A DNA stretch of 64,000 nt, taken from the NCBI RefSeq assembly GCF_004010195.1, contig NC_057718.1, positions 12,902,909-12,966,908 on the forward strand, given 5' to 3'. The translations under genes were made by a program, and so were the position numbers. The notes under the pieces were generated by a model. It searched no databases and was not told the origin of the DNA. It worked only from the letters and a program-made list of their open reading frames with translations. Positions within the stretch are counted from its first letter, which is position 1. Every line of letters starts with the position of its first letter. Source of the DNA: Chiloscyllium plagiosum. Lineage: Eukaryota. Of this stretch, positions 52,152 through 64,000 are shown piece by piece.

Positions 52152-53149
52152 AAGCTGTTCCACCACCAGTTGTTCGCCCAATACTTGGGAACTCAGGTGT
52201 TGGATTTGAAACGTTCCACGAAATTTGCTTTCCTTTAAATAGAATTGTATATTTGTGACCCCTACTACCCCATATAGTTCCGAAGCATGTATGATGGGTT
52301 CCCAGTTGCTGTTATGCATACTGTATGTTCAGCAAATATTAAATTGGCTCCCTGCCTCGTTTTAGGAGTGGAAGCCTGGTGGTTCCAGATCACTGAAAAT
52401 GCAGAAAAATAAAAACACAAACTTTCACTGCTGGATTAATGAATGACAGTAGAAAATTTGTTCATGGAAAGATCCCACAAACAATGTGACAAACAGTAAA
52501 ATTCTGTTTTCTGGAGAAAAAAAGTTGCGACATTCTAGTGGAAGTGTATATACTTTAGAACCTTAATATGTTGTGGAAAGTGGCACCTGAAACATTATTG
52601 TATCTACAGTGGCTACAAGAAAGAGAATTCTGACAAGTGTCTCACCCCATGTACCCAAAGCCATCATCTACAAGACACAAGAAAGTGGAATACTGTACAC
52701 TCGCTTGGATGAGCGCACACCTCCAAAAAGATTCATGCTTGAACCATCCATGACAAACTGTCAACTTCATTGGATCCCCATCCATCAGCTTAAACACCAA
52801 TACATAGCTTCAGCAGTATCGATCATACAGAAGGTACATTGTAGAAAATCATAAAATCTCCTTCAACAACACCTTTGAAACCAAGGGCCTCTGCGGACCC
52901 TTGTGGACAGCAAAGGCATGAAATGGAACGTCATGACCTGTAAATTCTCTTTCCAAAGACATTCCATCCTAAATTGGAACAATATTGTTTATTCACCATT
53001 CTTAGGTCATAAACCTGGAACTCTTTTCCCAAAAACACTTTGCATTTTTCTGCACAAGACAGACTGCAACGCTTGAAGGTGTCTACCATTACCTTCTGAA
53101 GGAAAATTATAGGCAACTTCAAACCAGCATCGACAGGAAAACAACACAC

Positions 53150-53990
53150 ACGGACCAAATATTGAACTACAGAAGCAATCATCGCAACATCCACAAACGA
53201 AGCTGAATCAGAACATATTTCAACGAGCCAACACACACTGCAGTACAGAGGAACTATGCAGAGCAGAGGAAAATCACCTATACCTGTATTCAAAAAGAAT
53301 GAATACCCAATGAACACAGTCTACCGATTTCTCAGCAACAAACCCAAACAAGCAGACAAAACACGTCTAGAAACCCTAGCCACTCTCTCCTAAATCAAAG
53401 ACATCTCAGAAATGACTGCCAGACTACTCAGACCGCTTGGCATCATGGTAGCCCACAAACCCACCAAGACACTAAAATAGCAGCTAATGAACTTGAAAGA
53501 CCCTATACCGACAACAAACAAAACTAATGTCATTTACAAAATACCGTGCAAGAACTGTAACAAACACTACATTGGACAAACAGGCAGAAAACTAGCCACC
53601 AGGATACATGAACACCAACTAGCCACAAAACGACATCACTAGTATCCTTACATACAGATAAGGAAGGATACCACTTCAACTAGGACAACACATCCATCTT
53701 AGGACAAGCCAAACAGAGTACGCACTAGAAGCATGGCATTCCAACCAGAACTCTATCAACAAACACATTGAGTTAGCCCCCGCGAAAAATAACCGGAAAT
53801 GACATCACCAACCCAAAGAAACCCAAACATATAAATAGAAAGCAGGAATCATGGACACTGCTTCGCCTGAGGCTCACTGAAGATGTTACCTAATAGGGTG
53901 ACGAAACGTCTGGAAATTAACCTCCCAGCTCAGCGAGCAAACATACATCCAGAACCTCAACCTGATCTACAAATCTTCTCAAAACTTGCT
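53150..53990 (+). mobile_element. Penelope-like element (different family) 3' fragment with GIY-YIG and terminal hammerhead
   Basis: From 53526 translates as NVIYKIPCKNCNKHYIGQTGRKLATRIHEH. CTGAAGA...GAAACGTC at 53877-53910. Confidence 0.85.
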
Positions 53991-54672
53991 ATATATTATC
54001 AATAAATGTCAGCATTTCCACTGACATGCACATGCCATTAAATAATACAAAAAAAAATCCTTCGGTACCACCACGACAAACTTGGAGCCAAGCAGCTCCC
54101 CAAAGCAGCTCCCCAAAGCAGTCTTATGACAGCAGAACTAGAACTGCTGGAGAGTAGTTTTCAACTGGTGTGCCATGAAGACTGTCCAATTGTGCCATGA
54201 AAGTTTTTACAAAGGTAATGAAAATCAATACAAGACAAATATTTTTCATCAGGAACAGCATTCAACCAAAATTACATCTCACAAAACATGTATTAATAAT
54301 CAAAAGCAAGTTCAGTTGTTTGATTCTGTACCCGCTGTTACAAATCCCTCCAGTCAGTCTGTAATGATAGTAATTACAAGTTGTGACATTATAAGCAATC
54401 AATTCAGCCGGAAAAAGTGGGTGCATGGTGGAAGCATACCTCGTTACTAAAAAGGAACTAATGGAGTCGAGGACCACAATAGTTAGAGTCTTCACAAAGG
54501 CCACAGATAGAATCATTCCTGTGAAGAGGTTCTTCCTGAACATTGATGGCTCTATCAGCTAAGGGACTCGTTATTCTCAAATGAAAAAAAAACTTGCATT
54601 CATATAGTGCTTTTCACAATCACTGGATACCTCAATGCATTTTGCATGACATGTAGACACTGTTCTAATGTG

Positions 54673-55601
54673 CTGAAAATGTGTTGCTGGAAAAGCGCAG
54701 CAGGTCAGGCAGCATCCAAGGAACAGGAGAATCGACGTTTCAAGCAGAAGGCCTTCTTCAGGAATGAGGAAAGTGTGTCCAGCAGGCTAAGATAAAAGGT
54801 AGGGAGGAGGGACTTGGGGGAGGGGCTTTGGAAATGCGATAGGTGGAGGGAGGTCAAGGTGAGGGTGATAGGCCGCAGTGGAGTGGGGGCAGAGAGGTCA
54901 GGAAGATGATTGCAGGTTAGGAAGGCGGTGCTGAGTTCGAGGGATTTGACTGAGACAAGGTGGGGGGAGGGGAAATGAGGAAACTGGAGAAATCTGAGTT
55001 CATCCCTTGTGGTTGAANNNNNNNNNNNNNNNNNNNNNNNNNNNNNNNNNNNNNNNNNNNNNNNNNNNNNNNNNNNNNNNNNNNNNNNNNNNNNNNNNNN
55101 NNNNNNNNNNNNNNNNNNNNNNNNNNNNNNNNNNNNNNNNNNNNNNNNNNNNNNNNNNNNNNNNNNNNNNNNNNNNNNNNNNNNNNNNNNNNNNNNNNNN
55201 NNNNNNNNNNNNNNNNNNNNNNNNNNNNNNNNNNNNNNNNNNNNNNNNNNNNNNNNNNNNNNNNNNNNNNNNNNNNNNNNNNNNNNNNNNNNNNNNNNNN
55301 NNNNNNNNNNNNNNNNNNNNNNNNNNNNNNNNNNNNNNNNNNNNNNNNNNNNNNNNNNNNNNNNNNNNNNNNNNNNNNNNNNNNNNNNNNNNNNNNNNNN
55401 NNNNNNNNNNNNNNNNNNNNNNNNNNNNNNNNNNNNNNNCTTTTATCTTAGCCTGCTGGACACACTTTCCTCATTCCTGAAGAAGGGCTTATGGCCGAAA
55501 CATCGATTCTCCTGTTCCTTGGATGCTGCCTGACCTGCTGCGCTTTTCCAGCAACACATTTTCAACTCTGATCTCCAGCATCTGCAGCCCTCACTTTCTC
55601 T
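54673..55601. mobile_element. Fold-back PLE family A spanning an assembly gap
   Basis: Near-identical inverted arms. 15-bp TSD cactgttctaatgtg at 54658-54672 and 55602-55616. Confidence 0.8.
55018..55439. other. Assembly gap
   Basis: Run of N. Confidence 1.
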
Positions 55602-57079
55602 CACTGTTCTAATGTGACCAATTAAGCGCCTATCCACACTTATGCTGGCATTTGGTAACCCTCCGCCACTCAGACAGACCAGCATAATTTGTTGCCTGGC
55701 AGGTTATGAGCGAGGGCCTTTATTTGTGCATTCTGCAGCCCATGTTGTGACCTCTGCGCAGCAAAGAATACCACATGGTAAGTGCACCACAAAGATCTAG
55801 ATACCACTTCCCTTACTTTGAGGATGTAAGGCAATTGATACTTCCTAACTGTAAGGAGAAACTCCAACAATCACAGCTCCCAGTGTCACTGCTGACTCTT
55901 GACTGGCCAGCATACTCTTGGGATGAGGTGACAATTCTTAATGGGGCAGCAGCCAATTAACTGAAAATCAGGTTGTGACTCCTGACTTTACAAGGGACAC
56001 TTAAATACCTCCACATCTACTTTTGGCTCTGATGGTTGGATTCTTGCAGTTGTTGTAAAATCCAACTCATTTACTTTTCTGTCTGTAGATTCTGCATGAC
56101 TTGCTGGGTATTTATACCAAGTTTTGTTTTTACTTCACATCGCCATTGTACTCTGCTTTTGCAAAATTATATAGGAGTAGTTTGGGCACAAGGAATAAGA
56201 ACAACTTTCATGCAGAGATAAAACAGCAACACAGATTATCTGGGCTGGACAATATTCGTAATTTATAGATTTGTGTAAATCTACACAACAACACCGCTCC
56301 GCCCCCTTCCTCCCCCACCCTCCAAGAAGAAACCATTGAACAATAGTACATGAAAAGCTAATCCTTACTTTATTGTAAAAGTTCATTGACAATGTTGGGA
56401 TGAATAACATTGCAATTCTCACAAACATTTCATGAAGTATTTTGAATATTTGATCAATAAGGATATTAAATTAAGCAGTTATGATAAAATAAAGAGAACC
56501 ATGGAATCCATCATCATGTATGTTCTACAGATTGCATAGCTATATTATCAAGTGTATTTAATTTGTTTGTAGTACAGCATCTCTCCAAAGATCTTCATAT
56601 ACTTATAGTAACTGTAGGCAAAGCTGCAGAGTAGAATAAATATAAAGGACCACACCAAAGAGACAATTATAGTGCCGTCTTCTCTGTAATGACAGAAAAC
56701 TTTTGATTATTAAGAGGTACAGTAAGAATGCTTTATAGTTTGAAGTAATACAAGTTTATATTCATTCAACTAATTTCTAGGACGAGGATTTCCAGAGTCA
56801 TGTCAGGTAAGGTTCGAAAGGTTGGGTCTGCACACGTTTGAGATTAGAATCAGAGTTAATCTTATTGAAACACATACGATCCTGAGTGGATACTGAAGCA
56901 TGTTTTTCTTTGTAGGAGAGACATGAATTAGGCAGGTTTCACATTTTGATTAAAGTTTAAAGAGTATGAAAAAAATTAAACATGAGGATTTAACAGTTTA
57001 CAATATGTTCTAGAATATGTTTTTCAGTATGAAGAATGTTTGGATGACAGTTCCATGACGTGCCAAAAGCTTTTTATAA

Positions 57080-58650
57080 GACCATTAGACGGAGGAGCAG
57101 AATTAGGCTATTCAGTCCATCAAGTCTAAAGTTCCATTTGACCACGGCTGATTTGTTTTCTCAAACCTATTCTCCTTCTTTTGCCCCATAACCTTGATCC
57201 CTTTACCAGTCAAGAATCTATCTACCTCACTTTTAAATGCACTCAATCACTTGGTTTCCACAGCCCTTTGTTGCAGTGAATGTCACAGATTCAGCAGCCT
57301 GTGGCTGAAGGAATTCCTAATTTCTTCAGTTCTAAAGGGTTGTCTCTTCACTCAGTGTGTACTCTTGGTTCTTAGCCTGTCCGACTAATGGAAGCTCATA
57401 TGACAAGCCCTACGTCCCCAGGATCATTCTGGAAAACTGAAATAACTCCACAAAGGCTGGCATACCATTACTAAGCCACCGTTTAGTTACACATGCATAG
57501 TACATGAAAATTGACTCAGCTAGAACAGAGTTGTCTTCTAGAGTGAGCAGGATCCGTGACAATCCTTTTTTTCTCTTTTTTGTTTTATCGCAGGTGTGAG
57601 ACACAGTGAAAGACACAAGGTGCATGAATCTTTATTCAGTTTCCACCACCAGGAAGAAAAGAAACACGTAAGTGACAAGCAGTGCCCTTCACATCAAAAC
57701 AATCCTCTTTATATCAGTCAGCCAGGACGCCCTGATTGGACAGGTTAATAGCCCCAATCAGGAACCCATCCAGATCCACCTGGCTGACATCATTCCAGTC
57801 ATTTCAAAAACCTTCTCTGGACCCATCACCAGCGCATCCTTAGATACAAGGCCTAAAACTGCTCACAATCCTGGTTGTTCTCCTGTAACATGTGTTTCGT
57901 TAATGCAAATTTGTGATAACATGATTGACGAATTGCATACACTGTTTCTAAGGCATGAACTTTTAAAGCATCCATTAATTATATAGTGATTCCACCCCCA
58001 TTAGTTTAAATGGCACTGGATTACTTGAGAACAGAACTGACTCTATTTCAAATGCAGTCTGACAGGAGCCTTAACAGCCTGAGCAGTACACGTCTGCTCA
58101 TGAATCCCAAAGCTTTTTTTCCATTTAGAAAATAGTTTATGCCTCTATTCTTCTGACCAAAGTGCATAACCTAACCCTTTTCCCACATTGTATTCATCTG
58201 CCATTTCTTTGCCCACTCTCCTTGGCTGTCCAAGTCCTTCTGCAGCCTCCCCAATTCCTCAAGATTACCTGTCCCTCCACTTATCTTTGTGTCATCTGCA
58301 AATTTAGCAACAATGCCCTCAGTTCCCAAATCCAAATCATGTATAATGTGAATAATTGGCTCAACACAACCCCTGCAGAACTCCATTAGTCACTGACTGC
58401 TACCCTGAAAAAGACCTCTTCATCCCTACCCGCTGCCTACTTCCATTCAGCCAATCCTTTATTCATATGAGTACCTTGACCTTAACATCAGGGGCACTTA
58501 TTTAGCAGCCTCCTGTATGGCACCTTGTCAAAGGCCTTCTGGAAATCAAATAAATTCATGTTCACTGGCTCTCCTTTGTCTAACTTGCTATTTACCTCCT
58601 CAAAGAATTCTAACAGATTTGTCAGGCATGGTCTCCCCTTGATGAAGCCA
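57080..58650 (-). mobile_element. CR1 LINE fragment, interrupted by other insertions (continues near 59837-59905)
   Basis: ORF 58171..58386 IVAKFADDTKISG. CR1 3' end at about 57085-57130. Confidence 0.75.
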
Positions 58651-58656
58651 AGCTAT

Positions 58657-59836
58657 TGTGAAGTTGGTGTGTGTAAAATGTGGGAAAGCGTTGTGTGGTC
58701 CCTTTAAAATATGATGTTTTTCCTCAGTGTTTAGAGTAAACTGCTGTTCAGACAAGCATTTTAAAAGTGTAGATGCACAGCAAGTGCCTGAATTGAAACA
58801 TTTTATATGGAACAGCCAAGTAGCATTTTTACCAAGACAAGCTAAATTTGCAGATGACACAAAGATAAGTGGAGGGACAGGTAATCTTGAGGAATTGGGA
58901 ATGCTGCAGAAGGATTTGGTCAGCCATGGAGAGTGAGCAAAGAAATGGCAGATGAATACAATGTGGGAAAAGTGTTAAGTTATGCACTTTGGTCAGAAGA
59001 ATAGAGGCATAAACTATTTTCTAAATGGAAAAAAGCTTTGGGATTCATGAGCAGATGTGTACCTCTCAGGCTGTTAAGACGCCCGTCAGACTACATTTGA
59101 AATAGAGTCAGTCTGTTCTCTTTTTGAATTTAGCCAATCATATTAACCAACCCTTAGATATTAAAAACCAATTAACTTTGAATCTGATGGGTTTGACTAC
59201 CTAGAACCAATCTGATTGTAAAGAAATTAATAGGTCATCAAGGGTATAAACGGTGAGAGCATTTGGAAAATGCCAAGAAATAATGACTTTCAGTTCTCAG
59301 AGGAAGCACCATCTAATTAATAACGGTACCGAGGCACTCTTAGCTAATATTCCAGACAGTAGAATTCATAGAGAGAACATTCCTGATGCAAGAATTCAAA
59401 GGAGAAAGGTGTTCTTGAAAGAAGATCAGTAGAGAGGGTGCGGAACACTCTGGAAGACGTATCCTAGTTGTAATTTTGAAAGACTAAATTCTATTGTTTT
59501 GTTCATGTAAGTGGGACTTCTATTTATTGAAACGGCATACTATTGAAGTTTTGTTTATTTGGGGATAGTCAGCAGTTAAAGGGGAATTGTTCAGTTTGTT
59601 AGTGGTTCTGTTTTTTTGTTCAGTGTTGGAGTTAGATAAATGAATTGTTATTTGTTGATTATAGAATGAGTTAAAGGATTTCATTTCATATAACCACTCC
59701 TTTATAACAGATTGGGGTGTGAGGGGTAGGTTATACCACTTTTTACATTTCTTTCAACAGATAAGGTGAGGCGAGCCTCTCTGGGTGTTTTGGTTTTAGT
59801 TATCAGAGGGGGGGGGTCAACCTCCACTTTATAACA
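58657..59836 (+). mobile_element. Possible solo LTR-like element inserted in CR1
   Basis: Begins tgtgaag and ends ataaca. Contains ccaat and tataaa motifs. CR1 sequence resumes after it, with aagct on both sides. Confidence 0.4.
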
Positions 59837-60959
59837 AAGCTGACTCAGCCCTATTTTACCATGCACTTCCAAGTACTCTGCAATTTCGTCCTTAATAATG
59901 GACTGTAAAAAATGGACTCTCGAACTAGTTCTGACAAAGAGTCACCAGACTCGAAACGTTAACTCTACTTTCTCCCCACAGGTGCTGCCTTCTGAGTTTC
60001 ACCAGCAATTTCTGTTTTTGTTACATAACTCCTGATATCCACCCATAGTGACTACTGGATGAGTAGCCATGGAGGTGACTTGGAGTTTGAAGGGGTGTGA
60101 AAGCTATGGGTGTGGTATGAATGTGGGGTGAGAGTATATAAGGAGAGAGGGATGCAGAGTCCAACTGTTTTTAATATAATTCGGAACTCCCAGAGAAGCA
60201 AGGCAGGACTACTAAAAAACCTGCTTGCCCCATGATCTACCAGGTTTGGAAGGCTGGACTCTTTCCTACCTTTCCTCGTAGGTGGAACAGTGACCTTTGA
60301 GCTGAATGGGTCTGCTAAGTTGGAAAATGTCCTGACTCAGATTGCACGCCTTGGTAGTGAAGATCAAGCCCCAGGTTTTTTCCAAGGTTTCAATTATTTT
60401 CAGTTCTATTTCATGCTATTTAGTGCTGATACAGATGCATACTGTCCAGTCTGGAAAGTTACTTTTTTGCAAACACTATACCTGATTATGACCCCATAGG
60501 TTTCTATGGCAAATTCAGCTGTCAATTCACAGAAACTGCAGACACAAAAATATAAAATTAGTAAGTTCAAAAAGTAAAGTCATAGGAAATATTTTCTTGT
60601 GAGTACAGGGTGACAGAACTAAGGATAGAAGACATCACTTTTGTTTTAGGCCTGAGATGTTTAGCTAATCGTTTATTATTGACCTAGGCAATTCAGTTCT
60701 AATTTGCATTGATATTTCTTATTTACTACCTTATATTATTTGATTCTAAGAGTGACCACCATATAATCATTGTGGAGCCAAAATCTTGACTTCCCGTTGA
60801 GAAGGGCTTACATCACATCGTGTGGCATCATCATTGTGTTAAATGGCATTAAATCAAACAGATTTAGCAATTCAAGAATGGACATTCATGTGGTGCTGTG
60901 GTCCATCAGCAACAACGGATTTATATTTCAATACAAACTGCAGAGCCTGGTATATCCAT

Positions 60960-62840
60960 CATGACCATCAAGCCAGGAGATCAACCATGGTTCAATGAAG
61001 AGTGCAGGAGGAGCAGCTCCAGCATACTTCAGCATGAGGTCTCAATCTGGTGAAACTTTAAAAGGTGACAGTGTGCCAAATTGCATAAGAGAAAGTGATA
61101 GACAGAACTAAGCAATTTCAAAACTAACGTACAGATCTAAGCTTTGAAGTCCTGTCAAATCCAGCCATGAATGATGGTAGGCATTAAAACAATTATCCCC
61201 ATCCTCAATAATGGGGGAGCCCAGAACAAGAGTGCAAATAAAAAGTTGAAGTATTCACAATAATATTCAGCTGAGTGGATGATCCACCTTAGCCTTCTTC
61301 AGGGATTTCCAGCATTACAGTCTACAACCAATTCGATTCATTTCATGAGATACTAAGAAACAGCTGGAGGCACTGGATACTGCAAAGACTATGGGGCCTG
61401 ATGACAATCTGGAAATTGTACTGAAGACATGTGCCTCAAAACTTGCTGCATCTACAGCCAAACTGTTCCAGTGCAAAATTGGCATCCAGCCAATATTGTG
61501 GAAAATTCCCACTTATGTCCTATGCAAAAAAGCCAATAAATCCAATCCAGCTAACAGCTTTCCATTAGTCATCAGTATAATGTTGGAATGTGTTATCCAC
61601 AGTACTATCAAAGCAGTACTTGTTTAGCAATAACCTGTTTTCTGATGCTTAGTTTGAGTCCAGCCAGAGAAACTCAGTTCCTGATTCCAGTACAGCTTTA
61701 GATCAAACATGGGCAAGGTGACGAGGTGACAATGAATACTCTTGACATCAAGGCTGCATTTGAATGTGGTTTCAAGGAGCCCTAGCAAAACTGGAGTCAA
61801 TGGGACTCAGGCAAAGCTTTCCACTGGTTGCAGTTACAGTAGCACAGAGGATGATTGTTGTAGTTGTTGCAGAATTCCAAGCCTCTGACCTGGTCTTGTA
61901 GCCACAGTATTTCTATAGTTGGTCCAGTTCAGTTCCTGGTCAGTGGTAACCTTCATGATGTTGACAGTGAGATTTCAGTGATGGAAATGACATTGAATGA
62001 TAGGGGGTGAAAGTTACATTCTCTCTTGTTGGAATTGATCATTGTCTGGCACTTGAGTGGTGCAATGTTGCTTGCCACTTATCAACCTAAAAGTGGATAT
62101 TGTCCATATCTTGTTGCATGTTGACATGGTCTGTTTCAGTATCTGAGGAGTTGCAAATAGTGCTGAACTTTGTGCTATCATCAGCAAACATGCAAAAGTC
62201 CATTAATGAGGCAGCTGAAGATGGTTGGCCCTGGGATACAGCTCTGAGGAACTCCAGAAGTGCTGTCCTAGACTTGAATTAGAGTAGATTCCCCACAGTA
62301 TGGAAACAGGCCCTTTGGCCCAACAAGTTCACACTGACCCTCCTGAGAGTAACCCACCCAGACCCATTTCCCTACCTTATATTTATCCCTGACTAATGCA
62401 CCTAACACTATGGGCAATTTAGCATGGCCAATTCACTTGCCCTGCACGTCTTTGGATTGTGGGAGGAAACTGAAGCACCCAGAGGAAACCCATGTGGAGA
62501 ATGTGCAAACTCCACACAGACAGTCCCCTGAGGCAGGAATCAAGCCCGGGTCCTTGACGCTGTGAGGCAGCAGTGCTAACCACTGAGCCACTGTGCCACC
62601 CCAAATTGATTGGCCTCCAGCACCACAACCATTATGCTTTATGTTTGGTATGACTCCAAATCAGTGAAGTTTTTCTCCCTGATTCCTACTGGCTCCATTT
62701 TTGCTAGGGGTCCTTGACACCCAACTCAATAACAACCAACCTGATTGTCAGGGGCAGTTTTTTCACCTCATCTCTGGAGTTCAAATTCTTTTTTCCATGT
62801 TTGGGGAACAAGATCAGGAGCAGAGTTGCCCTGGCAGAAA
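60960..62840. mobile_element. Two fragments of the same LINE family in opposite orientations (plus 60960-61870; minus 61880-62840, interrupted by a SINE)
   Basis: Similar to 40980-41920 in direct orientation and to about 41700-42320 as reverse complement. Confidence 0.65.
62284..62600 (-). mobile_element. HE1-like SINE
   Basis: Reverse-complement copy of the family. Confidence 0.8.
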
Positions 62841-63769
62841 AATTCCAGATTAGAATTATCTACTATTCTTAGCTATTTGCAATGTATATAAATTCATGAG
62901 ATTCTGGATTTAATCTTGATATCAGAGTCTAGAATTTTTTATGGTAAATATCTCTGTGGCCCAGGTTGACAGAAATCTTGAATGCTTCAGGGACCGACTG
63001 GGTGAAGAGTAAAGCTCCATTTACTCTGGGGAGAATCAATTTACTAAATGAGAAATGTGATCTTAATGCACATTTTTTTAAAATCAGTGACAACAGAAAT
63101 CCCTCCGCTTTTCCATGTGCTTTAAATCCAACCATGAAAATACACATCTCCTGCACCAGTGTCGATATTTTTAATAAAGCACATATAATCTCTTTAATCT
63201 TCAGGCAAGGCATGTGCTTAATAACAGGATCTATGCCTAGTAGATACCCAAACTCCTTACAAGTGTAACCATTAAGGTCTGCAGATACAATGGGAAAATA
63301 AGGAAGCTTAAAATGATTCCCTCCATTTAATTGTTTTCTGCTTTAAAAACCCCAAATGGCACTAAAATACAGTAACCTAGGAAATACCAGTTAAACTGAT
63401 TAACTGATTTTTATTTATGCTGTATCCAACCTGATGCAAGGACATCAAGATTGGTCTGCCAATCATGAGATGCAATTGCTAGGTAGTGAACATAACATTT
63501 AACATATTCCTGGAAGCATCTACAGATGACATTTTAAGACAACTGACAATACGAAAAATGAGGATGACTATCAATTTCTGTTGTTAGTTATGTTTGCATG
63601 CATAGCTTTACAAAACAGTATTGTTAACCTAAATTTATCTATTAGTGAGTTATACTTCCACCATAAAGAGTGACACTGAGTGAATTTCAGAGGTAATGAA
63701 AAAGGTACAAAGGATGATAAAAACTGTTGACTTATCCATATCAAATAGTTTAACTGTTGACATATCCAG

Positions 63770-63886
63770 TCCTGATGAAGGACTTATGCCTGAAACGTTG
63801 ATTCTCCTGCTCCTTGTATGCTGTCTGACCTGCTGTGCTTTTCCAGCACCACACTCTCCACTCTGATCTCCAGTCCTCACTTTCTC
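63770..63886 (+). mobile_element. PLE family A terminal repeat, single arm
   Basis: cctgatgaaggacttatgcctgaaacgttg...ctcactttct. Confidence 0.7.
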
Positions 63887-64000
63887 TGTATCCGCATATG
63901 CAGATTTATTATTTTATGGGCAGTCACTCTGTTTGTTGAAATTGAGTTAGCGAGGTGACAAGTTCAGTTGCATTGTTTGGCAGCATACATACTGTGCATC

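Noticed and set aside
55007..55533. ORFs of 157-174 aa
   Set aside because: Artefacts of translating through the N gap.
60960..62840. Twin-priming inversion of a single LINE copy
   Set aside because: The two opposite-strand pieces overlap in element coordinates, which fits two separate insertions better.

Overview
Repeat-dense vertebrate genomic DNA, most likely from a cartilaginous fish (shark). That assignment is inferred from HE1-type tRNA SINEs and abundant CR1 and Penelope-like repeats. There are two assembly gaps (3533-3703, 55018-55439). The only host gene I can support is a complete six-exon PSMB1 (proteasome 20S subunit beta 1) on the minus strand. Its CDS spans 52049 to 37703, 708 nt, 235 aa, all introns GT-AG, with YY1 and NRF1 motifs just upstream. 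The rest is mostly retroelements: a 5'-truncated, decayed Tx1-clade LINE (28899-33835, minus), CR1 and Rex-Babar fragments, HE1-like SINEs, and several Penelope-like element (PLE) families. The most interesting signals are four. (i) Many minimal hammerhead ribozyme motifs with covarying stem II in the PLE termini. (ii) Tiny asymmetric fold-back PLE insertions flanked by 12-17 bp target-site duplications. (iii) An ORF1-less LINE with a tRNA-like head whose 5' and 3' ends together make up a SINE found repeatedly in the window. (iv) Local inverted duplications and templated insertions at retroelement junctions. Repeat family names come from motif recognition, not database searches.
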